This document shows, piece after piece, positions 20,556 to 30,042 of a stretch of DNA of 58,448 bases (the first letter of the stretch is position 1; each line of letters opens with the position of its first letter). The stretch lies in contig JAEYWQ010000151.1 of NCBI GenBank assembly GCA_023428885.1, forward strand, positions 1-58,448. Direction: 5' to 3'. Under the pieces are notes generated by a model. That model was not told the origin of the DNA, searched no databases, and saw nothing but the letters and a program-made list of their open reading frames with translations. Made by a program: the position numbers and the translations under genes. This stretch comes from Bacillota bacterium. GTDB lineage: Bacteria > Bacillota > Clostridia > Lachnospirales > Lachnospiraceae.

Positions 20556-21038
20556 ATGAAACCAATTGCTAGTTTTACCATTGATCATTTAAAATTATTA
20601 CCAGGAGTTTATGTTTCCCGTAAAGATCCTGTGGGAGCCAATGTCATTACAACCTTTGATATACGAATGACCCGTCCTAACTTTGAGCCTGTCATGAATA
20701 CAGCTGAAATGCATACAATTGAACATCTAGCTGCTACTTATTTAAGAAATCATGCGAGCTTTGGTCCACAAATCATCTACTTTGGACCTATGGGTTGTCG
20801 CACCGGCTTTTATCTATTACTTGCCAAAGATTATACTTCTGAAGATATCTTACCTTTGTTAACGGGTATGTTTGAATTTATTCGCGATTTTGAAGGTGAA
20901 GTACCTGGGGCTGCTGCAATTCACTGTGGAAACTACCTAGATATGAACCTACCAATGGCCAAATATCTTGCAAATCGTTACTTAAATGAAGTACTCTATC
21001 AAATCACTCCAGAACGTCTTGTCTATCCAGCAGAATAG
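20556..21038 (+). CDS. luxS: S-ribosylhomocysteine lyase (AI-2 synthase)
   Basis: SFTIDH, HTIEH, GPMGCRTGFY, CGNY. Confidence 0.97.
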   Translation: MKPIASFTIDHLKLLPGVYVSRKDPVGANVITTFDIRMTRPNFEPVMNTAEMHTIEHLAATYLRNHASFGPQIIYFGPMGCRTGFYLLLAKDYTSEDILPLLTGMFEFIRDFEGEVPGAAAIHCGNYLDMNLPMAKYLANRYLNEVLYQITPERLVYPAE

Positions 21039-21097
21039 ACTTCTCTAAGTACAAAGGTAGTCAAGGCACTAAGAAACTGGGCTCTTGTCACAAACTA

Positions 21098-21308
21098 GCG
21101 CCAAGGAGACGGAGGAGTCGACACACAGGGCAGAATATATTTCTCTAAGTACACTGTTGAAAAAACAAGGAGTCACTTTGTATGACAAAGACAAACACAT
21201 GGGTTTCGTGTTTGATCTTGGCATACAAAATGGCTTCTTGTTTTTATCATCTGTGTACGTGAGAAATCATATCTGCTCTGGGTGTCGACTCCTCCGTCCC
21301 CTTGGCAT
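21098..21308. repeat. 211-bp imperfect palindromic element, copy 2
   Basis: Near-identical to 12213-12423; similarity extends ~60 bp further upstream, to the luxS stop codon. Confidence 0.9.
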
Positions 21309-21509
21309 TTCTCATCTTTTTGTTCGTTCTTGTAAGTCCTTGCCCTGGTCTATTTCTATTCACTAATGAATATATTGTAAAAGTAAATGTAAGGTACCAT
21401 AAGATTCCATGGCATGCAAACATAGTTATGACATGAGAGCATGGCATGTTAATGTAAAGTCCTGAACAGTTACATGTTAACGATGCTGATGGCTATGGGA
21501 GGATTTGTA

Positions 21510-22655
21510 ATGAGTGAACAGAATAATACTAACGATACCAATGATTCTTCCAATTCTTCTATGTTCAGCAGATCAGCTCTTATGCTGCAAGCAGCTTCTC
21601 CCTACCTTGATGAGTCTACCAAGAAAGCATTAGAGGGTATTGTCCATGTAACTGATTTTCTAGACACTATGCAGACCTTTCGACAGAAAGGTTTTTCTTC
21701 CATGTTTTCAGGGCTAATGGGAGGTCGGTCAAAGAAAAGTGATACAGTGAGTATGGCTAACATAGGTTCCCAAGCTACTGCTTTAGATACAGAATCCATT
21801 CTCCGTAGTATCCGACCATACTGTACACAGAACGAAGGATCACTAATCGATCGAATATTGAATATGTTAAATATGCAGAAGTTTTTTAAGATGTATCAAA
21901 CAATGCAAAGCATGATGAACATGATGAATGGGAATGCAACACAGAATTCAGATTCATCAACTGTATCCCACGAATCATCAAACGAGTACAAAGATACGAA
22001 TCCATATTACGATACTTACTGGAATAGCTTTCATAGCAATAGTAATGTCAATAGCCAGGAAGTAAATCAGGAGTTTAATCAGGATTCAGATCTTAGTAAT
22101 GACTTAGAGGAGAATCTTATCCGTGATTTTAACCGTGATTTTTCCAAGGACTTCAATCAAGATTTTATCCAGGATATTAATCAAGATTTTTCAAGGGATA
22201 TTAGTCAAGATGTCTCCAAGGCATTCAATCAAGGCTTTAGCCAAGATATGAATCACGATTATACCAAAGACTTCAATCAAGATTCTAACGATCAAAATTT
22301 AAATCAACATCAAGAATTTACCAAAGAATTTATTCATGATTTTTCCAAGGACTTTAATCAAGGATTTGACCAAAATTTTAATCAAAATCAAGATTTCACC
22401 AAGGATTCTAACTGGGATTACAAGCAGAACTTTAACCAGGATCTTAGCCAGGATCTTGACCAGAATCTTAAGCAGGTTCTTAAGCAGGATCTTAACCAGA
22501 ATAGTAACAACAATAATTCAGGAACCAGTGATAACTCCAACAGTACTACGAATACACAGATGCTTGACATGTTATCTACTCTGATTCCACCAGAGCAGAA
22601 AAATACCTTTGATGCTATGAAGCTCTTACTAGAATCAGGAATGTTAAAATTATAG
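21510..22655 (+). CDS. hypothetical protein with a long Q/D/F/N tetrapeptide-repeat region
   Basis: GGAGG then ATG at 21510; helical N- and C-terminal parts flank a repeat tract such as FNQD/FSKD/LSQD. Confidence 0.8.
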   Translation: MSEQNNTNDTNDSSNSSMFSRSALMLQAASPYLDESTKKALEGIVHVTDFLDTMQTFRQKGFSSMFSGLMGGRSKKSDTVSMANIGSQATALDTESILRSIRPYCTQNEGSLIDRILNMLNMQKFFKMYQTMQSMMNMMNGNATQNSDSSTVSHESSNEYKDTNPYYDTYWNSFHSNSNVNSQEVNQEFNQDSDLSNDLEENLIRDFNRDFSKDFNQDFIQDINQDFSRDISQDVSKAFNQGFSQDMNHDYTKDFNQDSNDQNLNQHQEFTKEFIHDFSKDFNQGFDQNFNQNQDFTKDSNWDYKQNFNQDLSQDLDQNLKQVLKQDLNQNSNNNNSGTSDNSNSTTNTQMLDMLSTLIPPEQKNTFDAMKLLLESGMLKL

Positions 22656-22670
22656 AAAAGAGGTTGTGTA

Positions 22671-23012
22671 ATGGATACGAATTGGTTGAATCATCCTTCC
22701 CTACAGAAGATGCATCCTGCAAAAAAACAAATCATGATTGAGTTTATAAAAGAAACCCAGGGTAAACCAATGGATAAAGGTATGAAAAGCATGATGAGTG
22801 CTAATGCAAAATTGAAAGCCATGGGTCTTTCCTTTGATCAAGAAGAAACTAACCTGATAACTTCCATACTAATGTCAAGTATGACACCAGAGCAAAGAGT
22901 ACAGGCTGAAATGATGAAAAATATGCTAAACTCTAAAAATAAACCAAATATGAATGGAAAACCAAACATGAACGCATTTATGAATAACAATAACAACAAA
23001 AAAAGACCTTAA
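22671..23012 (+). CDS. small Met/Asn-rich hypothetical protein, cotranscribed with the repeat protein
   Basis: GAGG RBS, 15-bp gap to the upstream gene, followed by a terminator. Confidence 0.75.
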   Translation: MDTNWLNHPSLQKMHPAKKQIMIEFIKETQGKPMDKGMKSMMSANAKLKAMGLSFDQEETNLITSILMSSMTPEQRVQAEMMKNMLNSKNKPNMNGKPNMNAFMNNNNNKKRP

Positions 23013-23031
23013 ACCCTATTCACACTGAATA

Positions 23032-23069
23032 AACAAGGGTGCTGTTGAACTCGCAACAGCACCCTTGTT
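23032..23069. terminator. intrinsic terminator between convergent genes
   Basis: AACAAGGGTGCTGTTG-N6-CAACAGCACCCTTGTT. Confidence 0.8.
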
Positions 23070-23111
23070 ACTAATTATATCATATACCTGATGTATGAAT
23101 AAGCATCTATC

Positions 23112-24086
23112 TTATAACTTATAATACCATTCCTTTAAGATAGCTTCTGCTTTCTTTCTGTGGATGTTAAAACCTCGATCTACATCTGCTTCTTCTTGTG
23201 TCTCATAGATCTCCGTGCTCCAATCCCACCAGAATACTCCAGCAAACCACTCTTCCTTGCCAAATACCTGCATGCAGGAATCATAGAATCTAGCCTGTTC
23301 TTCTTCCGAACGAGGAAGATCGCGATGCATAAAATCCCAAGGCATCATAGCACATCCTTCAGCGCTGCGGCAACCGATTTCCATAAAGATAATCTTCTTA
23401 CCAAGCTTCTGACTTAAGGCTGACAGATTGCTTCTAACCTTTTCCCATTCAACAACCATATTCTCTGTACTATCTAATGTTTTCTTTCCAACTTTATAGT
23501 AAGCACTGGTTCCAATATAATCTAAGGCATCAAACCAAGATACCTGATCTTCTTGTCCATGGTTAGTATTATATGTAATTGGTCCGTGATAAACTTCTCT
23601 AACCTGCTTTATCAACTCTCTCCAATAGGATTCTTTTCGTTCTGTACCCAGCATCTCACAACCGATACAAAGCATTTCACAGTTCATGTCTTGAGCAAAT
23701 TCCGCATAATGAAGCATAAACGCAGTATAATGGTCAAACCACTCCTTCCAATAATCTTCCCTCCCATAGAAATTCTCATCAGGGAAGTCGATTCTAGCTC
23801 GCCAAACATGATCCTCACAATTAATCATTGGTTTTAGACAGACCTTAATCCCTCTGGCATGTGCTTTCTCTATTACAAATCTTAAATCTTTCTCTGTCAC
23901 ATCACGTCGATAATCAAACAAAATCTCCGTTGATGAATATGTCTTTTGCATAATTGGAAATGCCAGACATATATAATTAACTCCCAAATCAAAAAGTCGA
24001 TCTTGCGAATACTGGGCACTTTGTGACCGATATTTTCCTCGCACAGTATGGTAGCCATAGGTATAACCCTTAATTTCCATCTTCAT
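23112..24086 (-). CDS. glycoside hydrolase family 113 (beta-mannanase/mannosidase-like)
   Basis: KVCLKP...WRA, CIGCEM (acid/base Glu), ITYN, FMEIGC (nucleophile Glu), GVFWWDW; no signal peptide. Confidence 0.8.
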   Translation of the reverse strand: MKMEIKGYTYGYHTVRGKYRSQSAQYSQDRLFDLGVNYICLAFPIMQKTYSSTEILFDYRRDVTEKDLRFVIEKAHARGIKVCLKPMINCEDHVWRARIDFPDENFYGREDYWKEWFDHYTAFMLHYAEFAQDMNCEMLCIGCEMLGTERKESYWRELIKQVREVYHGPITYNTNHGQEDQVSWFDALDYIGTSAYYKVGKKTLDSTENMVVEWEKVRSNLSALSQKLGKKIIFMEIGCRSAEGCAMMPWDFMHRDLPRSEEEQARFYDSCMQVFGKEEWFAGVFWWDWSTEIYETQEEADVDRGFNIHRKKAEAILKEWYYKL

Positions 24087-24291
24087 CCTCCGTTATTTAT
24101 GATTTACCTACAATATATAAAATTATACTACTTTTGCTATAATTTCACAACCTTCCTCACTCAACTGGTCAAGATGTTGTAATTTTATTGTTGGATTTCT
24201 TCCTAGCTGGATTCAAGTTTTCTGAGGATAATAAACATATTGCTAGGTTCAACGCATATATTTTCATAAGAAAGTAACTATAAGGGCAACT

Positions 24292-24900
24292 ATGAACTCA
24301 ATTCTTCAATTCATCTATGATAATGGTATCCCCGCCATGTTTATCATCATATTACTGGAATATGCCTGTTTCCCAGTATCCAGTGAAATAGTACTTCCTT
24401 TTGCAGGAGCCTTTGCAGCTGTCAAAAATGTTCCATTTTCAGGTATCCTACTCCTTAGTGCCATAGCAGGTATTCTTGGCACAAGTATCTGCTATTTTAT
24501 TGGTAGAATCGGTGGGGATCGTTTGTTACAACGGATAGGTAATCGTTTCCCAAAGACAAAGAAGAGTATTGATGCCTCTCATGAACGATTTGATAAATAT
24601 GGTTCTTACATCATATGCTTTGGACGTGTAATCCCAATTATCCGTACCTACATTGCCTTTATCGCTGGCTCAGTTCGACAACCCTATCCAATATTTCTGA
24701 TCTATTCAGCAATCGGTATCACCGTCTGGAACTGCCTGCTCATTGGAATTGGCTACTTCTTAAGGGAAAATTGGGCCCACACTATCTCCTATTACTCAAG
24801 ATATAAGAATATCTTAATTCCTGCTATCCTACTTGTAATCTTGTTCTGGATCGCACGACGACTTAGAAAGAAAAGTCGTATCTCCACTGCAGATTTATAG
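24292..24900 (+). CDS. DedA family membrane protein
   Basis: LEYACFPVSSEIVLPFAG, GRVIPIIRTYIAFIAG. Confidence 0.92.
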   Translation: MNSILQFIYDNGIPAMFIIILLEYACFPVSSEIVLPFAGAFAAVKNVPFSGILLLSAIAGILGTSICYFIGRIGGDRLLQRIGNRFPKTKKSIDASHERFDKYGSYIICFGRVIPIIRTYIAFIAGSVRQPYPIFLIYSAIGITVWNCLLIGIGYFLRENWAHTISYYSRYKNILIPAILLVILFWIARRLRKKSRISTADL

Positions 24901-24966
24901 ACATTAAGAATGAGTTAGGGGTAGGTGAAAGCTCATCTACCTCCTTTAACACGTAATAATTAACTA

Positions 24967-25698
24967 CTATCCTCTTAATAACTTAATGATTAATGTCTCA
25001 TCCACTTCTTGATATTGCTCTTTCACTTTAGAAAGCAGCAAACTCAACGCCTCATCATATGGCATGGAGTAATTCTTCGTCACAAAATCACAAGTAAATA
25101 GTTTCTCGCTAAGACAATAACTTGCTACTGACCAACCATAATCCTCTCCCCGCTTATTCTTCTTCTTAGAAAATCCACTTACTGTGATATAGGTTTGCAT
25201 CTGAAGCTGACTGATCACAGAATCAAAGCCTTTTTCCTTTCCTTTACCAAAGCCTGCTATATCCTTAAGCTGGTAGGATGGCAAGCTTTCATATTGTTCT
25301 AAAGTATCAATAATCATCTTAGCTCTTCTACTGGCTAGTCCATCTTCATAACGGCTATCAAAGTCATAACCATCTCTACGAATTCGTGCAAATAAGGGAT
25401 AATATTCCTTTGATATAAAACCCGCTTTTCCTAAGAATAACTTTCCATATGCTACTTCCTTACTGCCGGAAACAACTTCTCTCCAAGTCCATGGATCAAT
25501 CTGAGGATTATCCCCCCACCAACCATAACGATAAGTTAGCTCTTCCACGGAAAATCCAGGAATAGAATTTGAAAACAATGGTAAGAAACCAACCTTCTTA
25601 ACATAATCCATCAAATCCTCTACCTTCTTAAGAGCTGCTTCATCGAAATTCTCATATCCACTCATGATCCATTTGCCATCTACTTCAACCATACGCAT
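24967..25698 (-). CDS. AlkZ-related winged-helix protein (putative DNA glycosylase)
   Basis: GFLPLF, PWTWRE, AYGKLFLGKAGFIS and LQMQTYI resemble Firmicutes AlkZ-like proteins; family assigned from memory. Confidence 0.6.
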   Translation of the reverse strand: MRMVEVDGKWIMSGYENFDEAALKKVEDLMDYVKKVGFLPLFSNSIPGFSVEELTYRYGWWGDNPQIDPWTWREVVSGSKEVAYGKLFLGKAGFISKEYYPLFARIRRDGYDFDSRYEDGLASRRAKMIIDTLEQYESLPSYQLKDIAGFGKGKEKGFDSVISQLQMQTYITVSGFSKKKNKRGEDYGWSVASYCLSEKLFTCDFVTKNYSMPYDEALSLLLSKVKEQYQEVDETLIIKLLRG

Positions 25699-25708
25699 AC
25701 TCCTTAAC

Positions 25709-25722
25709 CGAACATATATTCT
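25709..25722. promoter_or_regulatory. putative LexA (SOS) box
   Basis: CGAACATATATTCT, one mismatch from the Gram-positive GAAC-N4-GTTC core; next to the RBS of the AlkZ-like gene. Confidence 0.55.
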
Positions 25723-25824
25723 GTTTTTATTTTACCTCAAGTCATAACTTTTTTGCAAGCAAAATTATTTCTTTTGCGCACTTGATTGTAAGTTGATTGT
25801 TGTCACAGCTTTTTATGACAAGTG

Positions 25825-25871
25825 AAAAAAAGGCAGTTGCAACTAACATGATCGTTAGTTTGCAACTGCCT
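25825..25871 (-). terminator. terminator of the pyrF-MATE unit
   Basis: AGGCAGTTGCAA(A)CTAAC stem with T7 on the minus strand. Confidence 0.8.
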
Positions 25872-25878
25872 ATACATT

Positions 25879-27258
25879 TTACCCTTTTGCTACAATCGAT
25901 TTATACTTCCATCTCCCTGCAGCATAGAATATACATCCAATCAGGCCTGTTATAAACCAGTTTAATCCGCTTGCCCACCAGATTCCCATATAACCAATCG
26001 CAGGTATTGCTGTTAATACATTGGCAAAGATTACACGGGTTAGAACTTCAGAACCTCCCATAATCATTGGAACTTTCACATCACCAGCACCGCTTAATAA
26101 GTTTCTGGAAACATAAATCATTCCAACCGGAATATAAAACATGCAGGTCACGCGAACTGCTTTGGATCCAATCCTAGAAATCTCAGGGTCATCTGTAAAC
26201 AAGCGCATAACCGAGCCGCCAAATAGATACATCAAAGGAGTCATGATACAGCTAAAGATTACGATAATCCTTGTTGCTGACCAAAATCCTTTCTTTACCC
26301 TGTCAATCCTTGCAGCTCCAATATTCTGCCCTGTATAAGATGCCACGGATAGACCAAGTGACATTCCTGGCATAAGTACTACTTGCTCAATTCGCTGAGC
26401 CGCAGTAGCAGCGGCCACTACAAGTTCGCCCTGTCGATTGATCACATATTGAATTACCATCGTTGAAATCGCAACGAAGGAATTTTGTAAAGCTGCTGGT
26501 AATCCAAGTTTAATACACTTCTTCATAATCTTTCGATCAATCCTAAAATCCTTTAGCGGCATTCGAAGCAAAGGCATGGTTTTTAGCCCATAAATAATAC
26601 TTCCCACCGCTGCTATCGCTTGAGCAATGATGGTAGCTATTCCAGCACCAGGAACACCCCAACCAAAGACTGCTACGAATAACAAGACTAATACTATATT
26701 AACAAGGCAGGAAACGCTTAAGAAGAGCAAAGGGGTCTTTGAATCTCCCAGCGCTCTCATTACGGCAGCCATACCATTGTATCCAGCATTTCCAATGATA
26801 CCATAACATAAGATCTTAAGGTAGATATTGGCATCATCAATAATCTTTGCAGGTGTATTAAGAAGTTCTAGCAGCTGGTAGCTAAAGACTGCTCCCAGGC
26901 TACCCATAATCGCAGAAATAGTAAACAGCAAAAATGTAGCAGTTGCAAAGGATTTTTTTACATTTACATAATCCTTTGCTCCAAAAAACTGTGAAATGAT
27001 AATACCAATTCCTGCAGCAAGTCCCATTGTCAAGGATATGATAAGGAAGTTGACTGCCCATACACTACCTACAGCTGCTAAGGCATTATCACTTACAAAC
27101 TTACCTACCACAATGGAATCCACTAAGGTATATAATTGTTGAAAGAAATTTCCAATTAACATAGGGATTGCAAAACGAATTAATAATTTTGACGGACTAC
27201 CCTCCGTCATATCGCCCTTAAGGCTCTTTTTTTCCTCTTCCACTTGTATTACTTCCAC
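25879..27258 (-). CDS. MATE family efflux transporter
   Basis: FAIPMLIGNFFQQLYTLVDSIVVG, RALGDSKTPL, GQNIGA; about 12 TM segments. Confidence 0.93.
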   Translation of the reverse strand: MEVIQVEEEKKSLKGDMTEGSPSKLLIRFAIPMLIGNFFQQLYTLVDSIVVGKFVSDNALAAVGSVWAVNFLIISLTMGLAAGIGIIISQFFGAKDYVNVKKSFATATFLLFTISAIMGSLGAVFSYQLLELLNTPAKIIDDANIYLKILCYGIIGNAGYNGMAAVMRALGDSKTPLLFLSVSCLVNIVLVLLFVAVFGWGVPGAGIATIIAQAIAAVGSIIYGLKTMPLLRMPLKDFRIDRKIMKKCIKLGLPAALQNSFVAISTMVIQYVINRQGELVVAAATAAQRIEQVVLMPGMSLGLSVASYTGQNIGAARIDRVKKGFWSATRIIVIFSCIMTPLMYLFGGSVMRLFTDDPEISRIGSKAVRVTCMFYIPVGMIYVSRNLLSGAGDVKVPMIMGGSEVLTRVIFANVLTAIPAIGYMGIWWASGLNWFITGLIGCIFYAAGRWKYKSIVAKG

Positions 27259-27259
27259 T

Positions 27260-28180
27260 CTATTTTATCGCTCCATTAATATCTTCTCTCATATCGATTA
27301 CTGCCTGTCTTGAAGCATCTGCAAATCCAGTAGCTCCAAACTTCTCATATTGAGCAAGTTTATAAGCTGCAATAATTCCTCTTGAGGAGTTTACAATCGC
27401 ACCAAGTCCATCTTTGTTAAAGTATGGAGCAAGATCGCTTGCCTTACCGCCCTGAGCACCGTAGCCAGGTACCAGAATATAAGTCTTTGGCATTAATTTA
27501 CGAAGGACTTCCCCCATCTTAGGATAAGTTGCTCCTACCACAGCTCCAATATAGCTATAGCTGTCCCCCATACACATCTCACCCCACTCTTGTACCTTAC
27601 GGCCAACTAACTCATACAATGGTTTCCCATCAATCAATTGATCTTGGAACTCTCCTGAAGAAGGATTGGATGTCTTTACTAAGATGAATAAGCCTTTCTT
27701 TTCTTCTTTACAAACATCGACAAAAGGTAGCACACCATCAGACCCAAGGTAAGGATTGACTGTAATGAAATCTTCGTCGAAAGGATAATATGATTTTGAG
27801 CCAACCACGGCCTTACCAATATGTCCCGTAGCATAGGCAGCTGAAGTAGATCCGATATCGCCACGTTTGATGTCGCCGATCACCACCAAATCCCTGTCTT
27901 TACAATACTCCACCGTCTTCTTAAAGGCAATTAAACCAGGAATACCAAATTGTTCATACATAGCAATCTGTGGTTTCACCGCTGGTATGATATCAAAAGT
28001 TGCATCCACAATTGCTTTGTTAAATTGCCAGATAGCTTCCGCAGCTCCTTCTAAGCTTTCACCAAACTCAGAAAATGCTTTTACTTTCACCTGCTCTGGT
28101 ATATAATCTAACATTGGATCAAGCCCTACTACGATTGGTGCACGATTCATCTCAATTTTCTTTATTAATTTATTAATCAT
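27260..28180 (-). CDS. pyrF: orotidine-5'-phosphate decarboxylase (long subfamily 2)
   Basis: VVGLDP, KPQIAMYE, DIKRGDIGST, LVKTSN, VPGYGAQGG, NSSRGII. Confidence 0.96.
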   Translation of the reverse strand: MINKLIKKIEMNRAPIVVGLDPMLDYIPEQVKVKAFSEFGESLEGAAEAIWQFNKAIVDATFDIIPAVKPQIAMYEQFGIPGLIAFKKTVEYCKDRDLVVIGDIKRGDIGSTSAAYATGHIGKAVVGSKSYYPFDEDFITVNPYLGSDGVLPFVDVCKEEKKGLFILVKTSNPSSGEFQDQLIDGKPLYELVGRKVQEWGEMCMGDSYSYIGAVVGATYPKMGEVLRKLMPKTYILVPGYGAQGGKASDLAPYFNKDGLGAIVNSSRGIIAAYKLAQYEKFGATGFADASRQAVIDMREDINGAIK

Positions 28181-28265
28181 AATAGCCTCCCTCTTCCTTT
28201 ACAATTTATTTCAAATCACATCTTGCTTAACCATAGCTTCTTGTAGCTATACTCTGACTAATTAT

Positions 28266-29540
28266 CTACTTCTTATACACAATATTCCCCTCAACCAAGG
28301 TATATAAGACCCTTCCAACTACCTGCTTTCCATGAAACGGCGTGTTTCTACCTTTGGAAAGAAAGCTTGCAGTATCAATTCTATACTCTTCGTCGGGGTC
28401 TGCTATGGTAATATCAGCAATATTCCCTACTGCAAGACTTCCCTTAGGAATTCCAAGAATCTTGGCAGGGTTGGTGCTCATCTTCTCCACCATCTGTATC
28501 GGAGTTAGATAGCCTGGTTTAACCAGCTCTGTCATAGTAAGAGCAAATGCAGTTTCTGATCCTACAATGCCAAATGGAGAACCAATCATGGAACCACTCT
28601 TCTCTTCTTCCCCATGTGGTGCATGATCAGTTGAGATTACCTCCATAATTCCATCTCGTAAGCCTTCTTTTAATGCCTGTACATCTTCACGGCTTCGAAG
28701 AGGTGGATTCATCTTATAATGGGAATGATCTGCAAGAATATCATCATCGCTTAAGGTAAAATGATGAGGGCATACTTCACCTGTTACTGGAATGTTAAGC
28801 TCTTTTGCCATTTGAATTAATTTTACACTTGCCTTCGTGGAACAATGGCAAAGGTGTAAATGCACTCCTGTCTCTTGAGCTAAGAATATATCACGAGCTG
28901 TAATCACATCTTCCACAGCATTCGTAATTCCAGGTAGCCCAAGCTCCACTGCACGTTTACCTGCATTCATTACACCACCACGAAGTAGTGCTCTGTCTTC
29001 ACAGTGAGCAAATACCGGGATGTTAGCTTTCTTTGCTTCTTTCATTCCTTCCAGATAAACTAAGATATCCATCACAGACTTACCGTCTTCACTGATAGCT
29101 CCCGCTCCTGCTTGAACCATTCCGTCAATATCAGCAAGCTCTGCACCGCTCTGCCCCTTTGTTACAGCTCCAACCGGTACAATGTTGATTGGTGAATCAC
29201 TAGCTGCAATGGAAAGGATACGTTCCACCATCTCTTTGCTGTCGATGGAAGGATTGGTGTTTGGCATTGGACAGATTGTGGTATAACCGCCTGCTGCTGC
29301 AGCCATGGAACCGCTCTTTAACGTTTCCTTATACTCATATCCAGGTTCACGTAGATGAACATGCAAGTCGATAAAACCAGGCATAACATAACAGCCCTGT
29401 GCTTGAATTGTCACATCTGCTTCTTGGTCAATTCTTGTTTCCACCTGTGTAATAATTCCGTCTTCTACCATCAAGTCATAGATACCTTCTCGATTCGTAG
29501 CAGGATCCAATAGATAGCCCTGTTTTATCAATGTTTTCAT
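28266..29540 (-). CDS. pyrC: dihydroorotase
   Basis: DLHVHLREPG, MPNT, CPHHF, KMNPPLR, TDHAPH. Confidence 0.96.
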   Translation of the reverse strand: MKTLIKQGYLLDPATNREGIYDLMVEDGIITQVETRIDQEADVTIQAQGCYVMPGFIDLHVHLREPGYEYKETLKSGSMAAAAGGYTTICPMPNTNPSIDSKEMVERILSIAASDSPINIVPVGAVTKGQSGAELADIDGMVQAGAGAISEDGKSVMDILVYLEGMKEAKKANIPVFAHCEDRALLRGGVMNAGKRAVELGLPGITNAVEDVITARDIFLAQETGVHLHLCHCSTKASVKLIQMAKELNIPVTGEVCPHHFTLSDDDILADHSHYKMNPPLRSREDVQALKEGLRDGIMEVISTDHAPHGEEEKSGSMIGSPFGIVGSETAFALTMTELVKPGYLTPIQMVEKMSTNPAKILGIPKGSLAVGNIADITIADPDEEYRIDTASFLSKGRNTPFHGKQVVGRVLYTLVEGNIVYKK

Positions 29541-29583
29541 AGTATATCTCCCTTATCTCAAACGAATTATGATTATCTTATCC

Positions 29584-29982
29584 TCAAATTACGTTTGCTT
29601 TTGCTAAATCATTTAGCATATCTTGATTGTCAATGTAGGTTGCAAATTCATCTAAGCCAATCCAGGCGAAATCTTGAAACTCCTCAGATAACTCTGTCTC
29701 AGTATGAAGCGCATAGCATTCATAGCAGATACCAACGACAAAGGTATCACCCAATTTAAAGGACCAGGTATATAAGGTTTTATCCATGAAGGCATCGATT
29801 CCTGTTTGTTCCTTAATCAGTCGAACAACTGCCTTCGCTGGGTCCTCACCAAACTCAATCTGTCCATCAATAAATTGCCAACGATATGGATCAAGAATAC
29901 GGTCATCATACCATTGTTTTACCACCAAATACTTATCTTCATGCTTTACAATTCCTTTAACTTTAATCACAATTTGATCCAT
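29584..29982 (-). CDS. NUDIX-fold protein with a degenerate Nudix box
   Basis: WQFIDGQIEFGEDPAKAVVRLIKEQTGI aligns to GX5EX7REUXEEXGU but has RL and EQ in place of RE and EE. Confidence 0.8.
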   Translation of the reverse strand: MDQIVIKVKGIVKHEDKYLVVKQWYDDRILDPYRWQFIDGQIEFGEDPAKAVVRLIKEQTGIDAFMDKTLYTWSFKLGDTFVVGICYECYALHTETELSEEFQDFAWIGLDEFATYIDNQDMLNDLAKANVI

Positions 29983-30042
29983 AGCTTATCCTCCGTTTAC
30001 TATTAGTATAGTTCATTTTTGTTATAAAAACATATCAATTTC

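Noticed and set aside
22066..22500. DNA tandem repeat as a CRISPR or non-coding VNTR; overlapping ORF 22336-22584
   Set aside because: The 12-bp periodicity is in frame within a CDS and varies at synonymous positions; the alternative-frame ORF is a by-product.
28181..29583. PyrR attenuator for pyrC/pyrF
   Set aside because: The intergenic gaps are only 43 and 85 bp and contain no AGUCCAGAGAGGCU-like PyrR loop.
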